From: an uncultured Clostridia bacterium
GTDB taxonomy: Bacteria; Bacillota; Clostridia; Christensenellales; Borkfalkiaceae
Direction: 5' to 3'
Length of the DNA stretch: 64,000 bases
NCBI GenBank assembly: GCA_947628505.1
Contig: CANRAD010000008.1
Coordinates: 757-64,756 of the forward strand
Of this stretch, positions 31,498 to 39,732 are shown piece after piece. The notes under the pieces are model-generated. The model did no database searches. It was given only the letters and a program-made list of their open reading frames with translations, and was not told the origin of the DNA. A program made the translations under genes and the position numbers. Within the stretch, counting starts at the first letter, position 1; each line of letters begins with the position of its first letter.

Positions 31498-32418
31498 TTA
31501 ATTTTCTTCAATATCATTATCTTTTTTGGATTTGCCGCGTCTCGTAAAAAGCGACTTCAACCAGCCTTCTATCTTTTCCTGATACTTGAAAGAAAGAACG
31601 GCGAGCACCGCGCAGACTACAATTATCGCAATCCAGACCGGTATACCCCAACCGCTGAACGGAATTATGTCTCCGCCGAGCGTATAGCAATAGACTGCAA
31701 CCACGGCGGGGCGCACGAGAATCATCGTTACAAGGAAAAACCAAAAATTCATTCTCGTGAGTCCGGCAATCATGCATAAAATATCGTCCGGGAAAAACGG
31801 AAGTATCTGCATTATCACGAACAGCACTTTGCCGCGTCTGCCAAGATAATCTGCGTACTTATCGGTGGTCTCTTTCCCCGCTATCCATTCCACTATTCTC
31901 CTGCCGCAAAATCTGCCGAGCACATAACATATCACCGCGCCTATGAGTACGCCTACGGAGGCGAGCACAACCGCAAGCCACAGCTCGTCTTTCCATATAT
32001 AAACTCCCGGAAGATAGCAGACTGCGGCGGGCAATGGAAGAATTACAACCTGCAATATCTGCACAAGCACATATACAGCCATAGCCCAGCCGCCCGTGGA
32101 ACGGATAATTTCGGTAAGTTTTTCCGCTTTCTCCGTATCGGTTTCAAGGTTGTTGAGCCCGGCCGCTATATTGACGGAGATAAACGCCGTATATACTATG
32201 GCGGCTATTGCCATCACTACCAGCGCGGTCTTCAAAAGAGCGTTCTTCTTTATGATGAAAAACAAAGCGCCAAGAGCTATGCCGACGCCGCCGGCGCAAT
32301 ACAGACATACACGCACGAGAAGGCTCCACCCCTCCATAAGGCAAGCCGTGCAAACTATGATATATACGCTGAAAACGCATATGAGCGAAAGCGATATTAT
32401 CTTTGTTCTTAAACGCAT
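31498..32418 (-). CDS. TVP38/TMEM64 (DedA-related VTT domain) membrane protein
   Basis: Polytopic, with the characteristic LPFFPDDILCMIAGLT segment. Confidence 0.75.
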   Translation of the reverse strand: MRLRTKIISLSLICVFSVYIIVCTACLMEGWSLLVRVCLYCAGGVGIALGALFFIIKKNALLKTALVVMAIAAIVYTAFISVNIAAGLNNLETDTEKAEKLTEIIRSTGGWAMAVYVLVQILQVVILPLPAAVCYLPGVYIWKDELWLAVVLASVGVLIGAVICYVLGRFCGRRIVEWIAGKETTDKYADYLGRRGKVLFVIMQILPFFPDDILCMIAGLTRMNFWFFLVTMILVRPAVVAVYCYTLGGDIIPFSGWGIPVWIAIIVVCAVLAVLSFKYQEKIEGWLKSLFTRRGKSKKDNDIEEN

Positions 32419-32442
32419 TTTTACCTCAAAATCAAATACGTA

Positions 32443-32949
32443 TCAATATTTGAGCGGAGAAAGATTTCGATATACCGTAAACACAACCGTATATCCGTTG
32501 GTAATCTCCGGAAGACTGCTGCTCACCAAACGGAAATTCGGATTAGCGTCGAGATTTTCGAAAAACGCGTCGGCGTCGCCCACGGCGTCGACTTTTGTTA
32601 CGAGCACTTCCTCGCAATACGGGAGAAGCGTTTTGTACATCATCTGCCCGCCTATTACGTACACTTTTTCCCCTCTTCCCTCGCGTTTTGAAATCTCGGC
32701 GAAAAGTTCATCCAAAGAGCGCACGATAAGACAATCATCGCGGCTTTCGCCATCGGGATACAAAACTATGTTTTCTCTGTCCTTCAAAGGTTTTCCGCCG
32801 GGGAACGATTTAAGCGTATTGGAACCCATTACCACGACGTTTCCGATAGTGGTATCCCTGAAAAACCGCATATCCGCGGGTATGCGGAACATAAGTCCGT
32901 TATTCTTGCCTATACCCCAATTTCTGTCTGCATGAAGAATAGCCTTCAT
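32443..32949 (-). CDS. folA: Dihydrofolate reductase
   Basis: MKAILHADRNWGIGKNNGL, VVMGSNT and VIGG motifs; directly downstream of thyA. Confidence 0.93.
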   Translation of the reverse strand: MKAILHADRNWGIGKNNGLMFRIPADMRFFRDTTIGNVVVMGSNTLKSFPGGKPLKDRENIVLYPDGESRDDCLIVRSLDELFAEISKREGRGEKVYVIGGQMMYKTLLPYCEEVLVTKVDAVGDADAFFENLDANPNFRLVSSSLPEITNGYTVVFTVYRNLSPLKY

Positions 32950-32960
32950 TTAAAACTCCG

Positions 32961-33791
32961 TTATTCCGCCACCGGAATCACATATTTTTTTGCATTGCAT
33001 TTATAATCCGTGATTTTGAAACTGTCAACGGTGAATTTATAAAAATCGGTAACGCTCTCGTCAAGCTCGACTTTGGGAGCAGGATACCTGGGCATTTCTA
33101 TGATTTCTTTCACCATATCTATATGTCTGTCGTATATATGGGCGTCCGCAATGACGTGCAACAGTTCTCCCGCCTTAAATCCGGACACCTGCGCAATCAT
33201 CATCAAAAGCGCGGCATACTGCGAAACATTCCAATTGTTTGCCGTAAGCATATCGGCTGAACGCTGATTCAACACGGCATTCAAGGTGTCGCCCGATACG
33301 TTGAACGTCATGGAATATGCGCAAGGATAAAGATTCATCTCGTGCAAATCGGCAAAAGTGTATATATTCGTCATTATTCTGCGGCTTGCCGGATTGTTTT
33401 TCAAATCGTACAAAACCCTGTCGACCTGATCGAATTCGCCCTCTTTGTATTTGTGCTTCACTGCCAACTGATAGCCGTAGGCCTTGCCTATACTGCCGTT
33501 TTCATCGGCCCACTGATCCCATATCCTCGAATGTAAATCGCGTATATTATTGCTCTTTTTCTGCCATATCCATAATATTTCGTCCACGCAAGACCGGAAG
33601 GCCGTGCGGCGAATAGTAAGCAATGGAAATTCTTCCCTCAAATCATATCTGTTTACGATACCGAACTTCTTCACCGTATGAGCGGGTGTGCCGTCCGACC
33701 AACGCGGCCGCACTTCCCTGTCGGTATCCCAAACGCCGTTTTCAAGAATATCGCGCATGTTCGCGATAAATATTTCGTCCGCTTTACTCAT
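32961..33791 (-). CDS. thyA: Thymidylate synthase
   Basis: Motifs include SRRIMTNIY..., LYPCAYSMTFNV (active-site Cys), LNQRSADM and DAHIYDRH. Confidence 0.95.
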   Translation of the reverse strand: MSKADEIFIANMRDILENGVWDTDREVRPRWSDGTPAHTVKKFGIVNRYDLREEFPLLTIRRTAFRSCVDEILWIWQKKSNNIRDLHSRIWDQWADENGSIGKAYGYQLAVKHKYKEGEFDQVDRVLYDLKNNPASRRIMTNIYTFADLHEMNLYPCAYSMTFNVSGDTLNAVLNQRSADMLTANNWNVSQYAALLMMIAQVSGFKAGELLHVIADAHIYDRHIDMVKEIIEMPRYPAPKVELDESVTDFYKFTVDSFKITDYKCNAKKYVIPVAE

Positions 33792-33845
33792 ATCCCTTTA
33801 TTTCTCCTGTCTGTAATTATATATTAACGCGTAAGCGCAAGTCAA

Positions 33846-34646
33846 TCAAAACGCGTCTTTCACGCTGCCGCGCCAACGGCGCTCTATTACTGCGAGCTTT
33901 ACGGACGCGGGCAAAAATTTCATGAAAAAGCACACCGTCGCGTTGAGCGCTCCTATTATCTTGGTCTTCTTGTTTTTCCGCACGGCTTTAATGCTTTTTT
34001 CAACTACATACCGAGGCGATTTTGCCGCTCTGCGCGCCCAAAATCCCATAGAGCGGATATATTCGACGACGTCCGGGCGCGTGTATACCGAGCCGGGAAG
34101 CACGGCTGTAACGTTTACGCCTTTGCCCTTGTATTCGCGCCAAAGTGCAACGGAAAACTGCGTAAGCGCGCCTTTGCTCGCCGCATAAACGGCAAAATTC
34201 GGCATGGGTTGCAATCCGCATATGCTCGAAACGTTTATTATCTGCAACTTTTCCGCCCTGTTTGCGATTACAAAATTGCAAACGGATACCGCGCTTTCGA
34301 AACATGCGCGTATCTGGAACGTAAGTTTCTCTTCGTCGTATTCGGAAAAAGGTTTCTGAATATCCGCGCCGGCGGCGTTCACGAGCGTTGAAAATATCAG
34401 CCCTTCCGCCTCTTTATATAACTTTTTACGCGATTCGCCGTCGGCGAGATCGGCGGCGCAAAATTTTATGTCGACGGAAGGATATCGCTCAGAAAAATCG
34501 GCTTTAAGGTCATGAAGTTTTCGCACGTCCCTGCCCGTGAGAAACAAATTCTCGCCTCTTTCGGCAAAAGCTCGCGCAAATTCGCCACCTATAACTCCCG
34601 TAGCGCCCGTAATGAAGGCATATTTTTTTATATCCGAAGCGCTCAT
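33846..34646 (-). CDS. SDR family oxidoreductase
   Basis: Motifs ITGATGVIG, NAAG and YAASK. Confidence 0.85.
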   Translation of the reverse strand: MSASDIKKYAFITGATGVIGGEFARAFAERGENLFLTGRDVRKLHDLKADFSERYPSVDIKFCAADLADGESRKKLYKEAEGLIFSTLVNAAGADIQKPFSEYDEEKLTFQIRACFESAVSVCNFVIANRAEKLQIINVSSICGLQPMPNFAVYAASKGALTQFSVALWREYKGKGVNVTAVLPGSVYTRPDVVEYIRSMGFWARRAAKSPRYVVEKSIKAVRKNKKTKIIGALNATVCFFMKFLPASVKLAVIERRWRGSVKDAF

Positions 34647-34649
34647 ATT

Positions 34650-35384
34650 TCAATCGCCGAGTATATGAGGGTTCGCCTCGATTACGCCGGAAATGAATTC
34701 CAAAAAACTTTCTTCGCTCATATCTATCGGCTTGCCGCTCTGCAACGTTACGATATCGTTGAGCTTTTTCCAATAGTTATGATAAGTCAGTTTGCCGTTG
34801 ACTTTCTTTGGACTCACCCGATACCAAAGCGTTACCTTCTCTCCCGTTTTGACGCTGGGACTTGCCTCAGAATTATTCTTGTTTTTTATCTGCAAAAGGA
34901 ATTTTCCGTCTTTGGAACAAAAGTCGATTTCTCTGAGTATGCCGGAAACATACAAAAGTCCGTAACCGCGCGTTTCCCTTGCGATATACTCTTCCAACAA
35001 ATAGCCCTGAACGCTTTCGGCAAGCATATAGTCGTTTCTGGCGGACAGTCCGGCCAAAGCGTCTTCACGGCTTATGCCTCTGACAAGCGAAATTATCTTT
35101 ACCACCGACATATCGTCTGTTACGTTTTTGGGGATTGCCTTATAGTTGTATGCGGTACGGCGGCGCGTAAAATTATAAAGCTCTATCCATGCGTCCACAT
35201 ACTCCTTATAAGTGCGGAAATTAGCGCTTATGTGCGGGAAAAGAGTGTAATCGGAACTATCTACCGCCACTTTGAAAACGGCTTTCGCGTCGTCGATAAG
35301 ATTGTTATCGATGAGAGAATCGGCGACGGAATCGAAGTAGTTTTCGACATCATGCGGCTCAACGCCGAAATTTCTAAGATTCAT
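34650..35384 (-). CDS. Hypothetical protein with restriction-endonuclease-like core motif
   Basis: EIDFCSKDGKFLLQIKNKNNSE is a D-x11-Q-x-K arrangement followed by K-N-N-S, reminiscent of type II REase cores (Eco47II/SinI/DpnII style). No MTase is adjacent. Family not confirmed. Confidence 0.35.
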   Translation of the reverse strand: MNLRNFGVEPHDVENYFDSVADSLIDNNLIDDAKAVFKVAVDSSDYTLFPHISANFRTYKEYVDAWIELYNFTRRRTAYNYKAIPKNVTDDMSVVKIISLVRGISREDALAGLSARNDYMLAESVQGYLLEEYIARETRGYGLLYVSGILREIDFCSKDGKFLLQIKNKNNSEASPSVKTGEKVTLWYRVSPKKVNGKLTYHNYWKKLNDIVTLQSGKPIDMSEESFLEFISGVIEANPHILGD

Positions 35385-35486
35385 AAATACTCCTTTATGT
35401 TATTGTAGCATTAAACGGGAATTTTGGCAAGACATTTTTCAGGGGGGAGGTAAAGATAATTTTAATTTCAGTTACCGCATTTTTAA

Positions 35487-35515
35487 TTGACGGCGAGATA
35501 AAAAAATAATATAAT
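35487..35515 (+). promoter_or_regulatory. Promoter of tRNA-Pro locus
   Basis: TTGACG (35487-35492), 17 nt, TATAAT (35510-35515). Confidence 0.6.
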
Positions 35516-35547
35516 AATCCGGAAAGGAAAATCTTATTGAAATCAAT

Positions 35548-35565
35548 CGAGGCGTAGCGCAGTTG
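35548..35565 (+). repeat. Orphan copy of the first 18 nt of tRNA-Pro
   Basis: cgaggcgtagcgcagttg is identical to 35705-35722. The two copies bracket a 139-nt structured insert. Confidence 0.9.
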
Positions 35566-35704
35566 CAAGCAACGGCGAGCACGGATTTCCCAAAACAACA
35601 TAGTGCGCTGTTTTGCCGTGCGAGGTGAGCGAGCGCATTCGTGGCAACCGCCTTTCCCTTTACGGTTGCCGAGTTTGTAAGATAAAATTAAGATAAGTTA
35701 TTTA

Positions 35705-35780
35705 CGAGGCGTAGCGCAGTTGGTAGCGCGTATGGTTCGGGACCATAAGGTCGTGGGTTCGAATCCCGTCGCCTCGACCA
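35705..35780 (+). tRNA. tRNA-Pro (anticodon CGG), CCA encoded
   Basis: Hand-folded cloverleaf: acceptor cgaggcg/cgcctcg, D arm gcgc-agttggta-gcgc, anticodon arm tatgg-ttCGGga-ccata, T arm gtggg-ttcgaat-cccgt, then ACCA. Confidence 0.92.
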
Positions 35781-35785
35781 AATTT

Positions 35786-35828
35786 AGCCCGTTTTTGAGC
35801 GATTTTCGCCCAAAAACGGGCTTTTTTC
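35786..35828 (+). terminator. Terminator after tRNA-Pro (element-borne)
   Basis: Stem agcccgttttt / aaaaacgggct followed by tttttt. Confidence 0.75.
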
Positions 35829-35868
35829 TGCTGTTTTTAAGTATTATTTGTTACTTTTATTTCTCATT

Positions 35869-35888
35869 TTGGGGCATAAATTGGGGCA
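35869..35888 (+). repeat. Arm-type repeats, left end (2 x TTGGGGCA)
   Basis: TTGGGGCA at 35869-35876 and 35881-35888, just 3' of the integrase stop. Confidence 0.7.
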
Positions 35889-35896
35889 CAAATCGT

Positions 35897-37105
35897 CTAC
35901 CAATTCAATTTAGCCCCCTCTTTCAAAAAAAACTCGTCGGATAGGTCGGTGTATGTATTTCCGAGTTTTCCGAGCGAATGTCCCACAAATATGTCTCTCG
36001 CTACGTCCGCAACGCCACACTCCTGACAGCGGGTGTAAAAAGTCGTCCTCAAATCATACAAACGCTTTTTGGGGAAAATCTTGTGAAATCTCTCCCTTAT
36101 GCGGTTTACACCGTAAAATTTCAATTCATCTTTTCCCTCTAAATAGGGTTTGAGTTTTGCGATTATCGGTATCTTTTTGTACTCCGTTTTACTGCCTTTC
36201 CGCTTGCTGTTTACAGACCTTATGAACGCGCCTTCGATTTTTGCCGTTTCATATTCGTTGGGGCGAAGTCCTGTGTATAGTGCGACCGCAAACATCAATT
36301 GATAGGGCGTTCCCGCCGTATCCGACAACAGCTTTTGTTCTTCCTCTTTGGTGAGAGCCGTGCCGTGGCTTCTTTCGTAGCTCTTGCGGAATACCAGCTC
36401 GATGGGGTTTGAGGAAATCAGTCCGTGCTTTATCGCCATATTGAAAATTTGGTTGAGCATACAGAATATCTCGTCCGCCGTCTTGTTTTTACCTTGCTCG
36501 AACAGGCTGTCTATAAGCGTTTGGCACATATAGGGCGTTATGCTCTTTATGGGCGTATCTTTGAACCTTGTTTTCAAGTGGTTGTTGTACCTGTTCATTG
36601 CGTTTTTAAACGTTTCGGGTGCAACTTTGCGCTTATAGTAGGTCTCGAAAAAGTATTCGGCAAACCCCGTAAAAGATTTGGGAACGGTGTCGGTCTTATC
36701 TCGACCGTACTTCTCGACGTGGTTTAGTTTTTCAATGAATTTTTGCTTTGCTTCTTCAAGGTTGTTTGCCGATGCCGCTATGTTGTAACCGTTGCGGCGA
36801 TAGCGGATTTCGTAATTCCAAGTATCAACGCCGCTTTTACGTTTGCGGACGTAGCAGGTGCAACCTTGCGTTCTAAATTCTTTCCTGAATGTTTTGGGCA
36901 TCTTTGAAATCTCCTTATCGGAAAATTTCAAAGCTGTGCTCTCGGTTAACTTACTGTCTTTTTCGGGCACGGAAGTCAACGCTTTTAGCTTGTCCATCGA
37001 AATGGAATCTGCGGCGGCTTTCAATACAGCCATTGCCATCTCGTCGCTGCCTTCCGGTATCGCCCGTATGGTTTTCAAAATGTTAGATAATTCCTGTTCT
37101 GTCAA
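35897..37105 (-). CDS. Tyrosine-type site-specific integrase
   Basis: 402 aa with an N-terminal arm-binding-like region, a SAM-like core-binding domain and a catalytic C-terminus (GLRPNE..., VGHSLGKLGNTYTD). Adjacent to the tRNA. TAG stop. Confidence 0.9.
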   Translation of the reverse strand: MTEQELSNILKTIRAIPEGSDEMAMAVLKAAADSISMDKLKALTSVPEKDSKLTESTALKFSDKEISKMPKTFRKEFRTQGCTCYVRKRKSGVDTWNYEIRYRRNGYNIAASANNLEEAKQKFIEKLNHVEKYGRDKTDTVPKSFTGFAEYFFETYYKRKVAPETFKNAMNRYNNHLKTRFKDTPIKSITPYMCQTLIDSLFEQGKNKTADEIFCMLNQIFNMAIKHGLISSNPIELVFRKSYERSHGTALTKEEEQKLLSDTAGTPYQLMFAVALYTGLRPNEYETAKIEGAFIRSVNSKRKGSKTEYKKIPIIAKLKPYLEGKDELKFYGVNRIRERFHKIFPKKRLYDLRTTFYTRCQECGVADVARDIFVGHSLGKLGNTYTDLSDEFFLKEGAKLNW

Positions 37106-37210
37106 TTCTCCTTGTTGTTTTATTTGTGAAGCGGTATGTTCTACCGCTTGAAATACAGTTACTATGTCCTCTCACCATATTCACAAAAGTTCCTCCTTAA
37201 AAATATTTTC

Positions 37211-37366
37211 ACGCAAATCTCGGCTATTCTGCGCCTGCGATTTGCCGTGATTTTCGGCGGCTCTGCCGCCCTTTGCGCAATTTTTAAGCGCAAACAATTA
37301 TATAATTGCGCAAATTCCCACCGCCGAGGCGCAGGTATACGCAAATTGTGTTGCGCTGCGCAAAAG
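37211..37366. repeat. Cluster of (T/A)YGCGCAAA / ACGCAAAT motifs between int and mob-like gene
   Basis: Copies at 37211-37219, 37273-37280 (palindrome TTGCGCAA), 37288-37294, 37306-37314, 37339-37347 and 37351-37366. Confidence 0.6.
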
Positions 37367-37514
37367 CGTGGTTTTGCTTGCGCCGTCAATTATTACTCAG
37401 TTGTGATTCAGTTGTAAGATATACCGTAACAATATGTTAATACGATATATCACAGTTCGCTTGATTTGTCAATAGCTGGCGCGAAAATTTTTGAGGGTAG
37501 GTCAAACTTAAATA

Positions 37515-38276
37515 TCAAAATGGGCTGTCGTCGAAGTAAAGCTCGTCATAGAGGTCGCCCTCAAACCTGCCATAGCGTTCCTGTTGCCGAAGGGTGGTAT
37601 TCTTGATTAGAGAAAAGCTCTCGCCGCGGACTGCTCCATATTTTTTGGATACTTTGATATAGAAATCTTCCTGCAAGTCCGAATAGGAAGTCAACCCGCC
37701 GCGCGCCTTCCAAAACTCCGAATGGGAAAGCAAGGGGTCGTCTATTTCAATGCGTTGCCTATACATAGGCGTATTGTACTCATCGCGCAGTTGAAGTCTG
37801 TTGCCCGCTTCGCTTTTATCATTGCTCATGATCTTTTCTTGCCACACTTCCGTAATTGGTAGATAGTAGACAAAGAGATTACGTCTGTTCGGCTCGGTAA
37901 CGATCACGGCGCAGATGATGTTCTCATGTGTGCGTAAGAAGCCTATTTTGTCTATGGCGTAGGCATAGCACTTACGGAAGTACACCTTTATTTCTTCTTC
38001 GTCGGGGAAGTCATCCCAAAACTCTCTGTTGCCGCCAAATTGCAGACACTCCAAGACAATGTTCTTGCCTCGGTTGTTGAATGTTGCATTCGTAGACTTC
38101 ATCACTTCGTTCCACGCCTGTTCGGTTGTGGACATTTTCTTTAAGTATTCTACCTTGTACCGCTGTTCGCAGTCTTTGAGGTATTCGTCTATATTCACAA
38201 ATTCGTTTTTCTTGTGTGCAATAACGGAAATGGTTGCGTGCTTGTCCCGTGGATACTTCTGTTTTGGCATTCCCAT
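37515..38276 (-). CDS. Mob_Pre (MobV relaxase)-like protein with degenerate metal-binding motif
   Basis: ECLQFGGNREFWDDFPDEEEIKVYFRKCYAYAIDKIG...ENIICAVIVTEPNRRNLFVYYLPIT aligns by eye with the MobM/Pre core ...ATVHNDEQTPHMHLGVVPM, but the HxDE..PHxH histidines are absent. Confidence 0.4.
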   Translation of the reverse strand: MGMPKQKYPRDKHATISVIAHKKNEFVNIDEYLKDCEQRYKVEYLKKMSTTEQAWNEVMKSTNATFNNRGKNIVLECLQFGGNREFWDDFPDEEEIKVYFRKCYAYAIDKIGFLRTHENIICAVIVTEPNRRNLFVYYLPITEVWQEKIMSNDKSEAGNRLQLRDEYNTPMYRQRIEIDDPLLSHSEFWKARGGLTSYSDLQEDFYIKVSKKYGAVRGESFSLIKNTTLRQQERYGRFEGDLYDELYFDDSPF

Positions 38277-38325
38277 TTTGTTTTCATAATACTTGTAAAT
38301 CTTGTTTCACCTCCTTTTGAGGGCA

Positions 38326-38360
38326 GAAAAAGCAGTCCTTTGTTCAAGGACTGCTTTTTG
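38326..38360. terminator. Bidirectional hairpin
   Basis: Stem gcagtcctt / aaggactgc flanked by A- and T-runs. Confidence 0.65.
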
Positions 38361-38429
38361 TTATAGTTTTCCCCTCCATATATAAGCCGCGGGAACGCCG
38401 AAAATATTAGTCATTACGAAAAAATTTTT

Positions 38430-39491
38430 TTATTTCTTCAAACTTTTGCCTGTATAGTATTTATAAAACTGCCTTATTCGTTTGTTTCTCCACTTGGCTA
38501 AGTAGGGATAAAACCTTTGCGTTAAAAATTCTTCCACACCTATGTTTAACCGCGACGTAATCTTTTCCACCGCCGAAAAGACGCTGGTATAGAGCTTATA
38601 AGATTCCCTTAAACCTATTTCCTTTCTGCGTTCCATCTCTTTGCATAGACGGATATATACCGCTCCTACAATAGGCGGTTGGTCGCCGTAGTAATCATAG
38701 TAATGTTTTCTATCTTCCTCGCTTGCTGTTTTAAGATACTCAGCTATCTCGCCGTCCATTTTGTCGTTGTCAAAATAGTAATAGGTAAGTATATGCCGGA
38801 ACAGCTCGCCCACGCTGTAAAACCAGTGCAGGAACGGCATTAAGTCATTAAAGAGCGCACGGAGGACAAACTCCAACTCTACGTCGAGGAAGTAGGGCAT
38901 CTCGCCGTCGTTTACAAATCTGTTCCAACAGTGCCAGACGATTTCCTCCCGCGTTCCCGTATTGAATACATAATCGTCCACAGAACAGTTTGCATGTTTC
39001 AGTTGTGTTGAGATATATCCCTGCGTAACGCCAAGCTCCTCGGCGGCTTCTTTCTGCGTTTTTCCGCTTGACATAATCTTTAAAATATCTCTGTCCTGTT
39101 GCGGCAAGTTGGCAAACAGAATTTCTCTGTCGCGCCGCTCGTCTGCAAGTACATTGAACGGTATGGACTTATCTATTCTGCGTTCCCGTTGCTTGGGTGT
39201 TAATTCGTCCTCGTCTTTGTCTGAAAACCGAACGGTATGGCGTTGGTACTTATGGGTATTGTTGTATTCCAATCTGTCCAGCTCAAACAGAGCTTCCCAT
39301 TCCTGTTCGTTGACTTCAATGACGATATACGGTCTGCCGTTGATATAAGTATTGGGTGAATCCGATTCGGCGCAGGGATAGTAATACAAGAATTTACCCG
39401 CCGTTTTTGCTGGTTTTTTCTTTTTATTATAATGGTACGCCAATTTATCCATAGCGCTATTATAACAAATAAACCTGCCCGAACTCGGCAT
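38430..39491 (-). CDS. Sigma-70 region 4 / LuxR-type HTH protein of mobile elements
   Basis: LPQQDRDILKIMSSGKTQKEAAEELGVTQGYISTQLKHA is a region-4-type HTH. The likely start is MDKLAYHY at 39452. Confidence 0.6.
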   Translation of the reverse strand: MPSSGRFICYNSAMDKLAYHYNKKKKPAKTAGKFLYYYPCAESDSPNTYINGRPYIVIEVNEQEWEALFELDRLEYNNTHKYQRHTVRFSDKDEDELTPKQRERRIDKSIPFNVLADERRDREILFANLPQQDRDILKIMSSGKTQKEAAEELGVTQGYISTQLKHANCSVDDYVFNTGTREEIVWHCWNRFVNDGEMPYFLDVELEFVLRALFNDLMPFLHWFYSVGELFRHILTYYYFDNDKMDGEIAEYLKTASEEDRKHYYDYYGDQPPIVGAVYIRLCKEMERRKEIGLRESYKLYTSVFSAVEKITSRLNIGVEEFLTQRFYPYLAKWRNKRIRQFYKYYTGKSLKK

Positions 39492-39668
39492 ATATTAAAA
39501 ATTTTTTAGATAAATTTTGAACTGAAATTCTTATTTTTCTTATGCAACAAAAGAGGGCATCTTTTTGATGCCTAAGCAGGATAAGGAAGGTGGTATATCC
39601 CCACCTTCGTCCCAAACAAGCGGGAAACCCGCTTTTTGGGAGAATCAAATTATCGACAATACAATTCG

Positions 39669-39697
39669 TTGATATTCGACAGAAAATATGTTATAAT
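39669..39697 (+). promoter_or_regulatory. Promoter of the nuclease gene (extended -10)
   Basis: TTGATA (39669-39674), 17 nt including a TG, then TATAAT (39692-39697). GGGAG RBS before the ATG at 39733. Confidence 0.65.
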
Positions 39698-39732
39698 ATA
39701 ATTTAAGTTTTTATATTGGGAGAAATGAAAAC

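Noticed and set aside
35548-35704. A second tRNA gene or an intron-containing tRNA
   Set aside because: Only the first 18 nt match tRNA-Pro. The following 139 nt give no acceptor 3' strand, anticodon arm or T arm.
37136-37417. 93-aa ORF in the int/mob intergenic region
   Set aside because: It has no RBS, its sequence is dominated by the GCGCAA repeats, and both strands give equally poor ORFs.
39554-39640. Three consecutive hairpins as a structured ncRNA or riboswitch
   Set aside because: I recognised no conserved riboswitch core. The last hairpin (gcggg-aaa-cccgc with flanking A/T runs) is adequately explained as a bidirectional insulator or terminator between divergent island genes.
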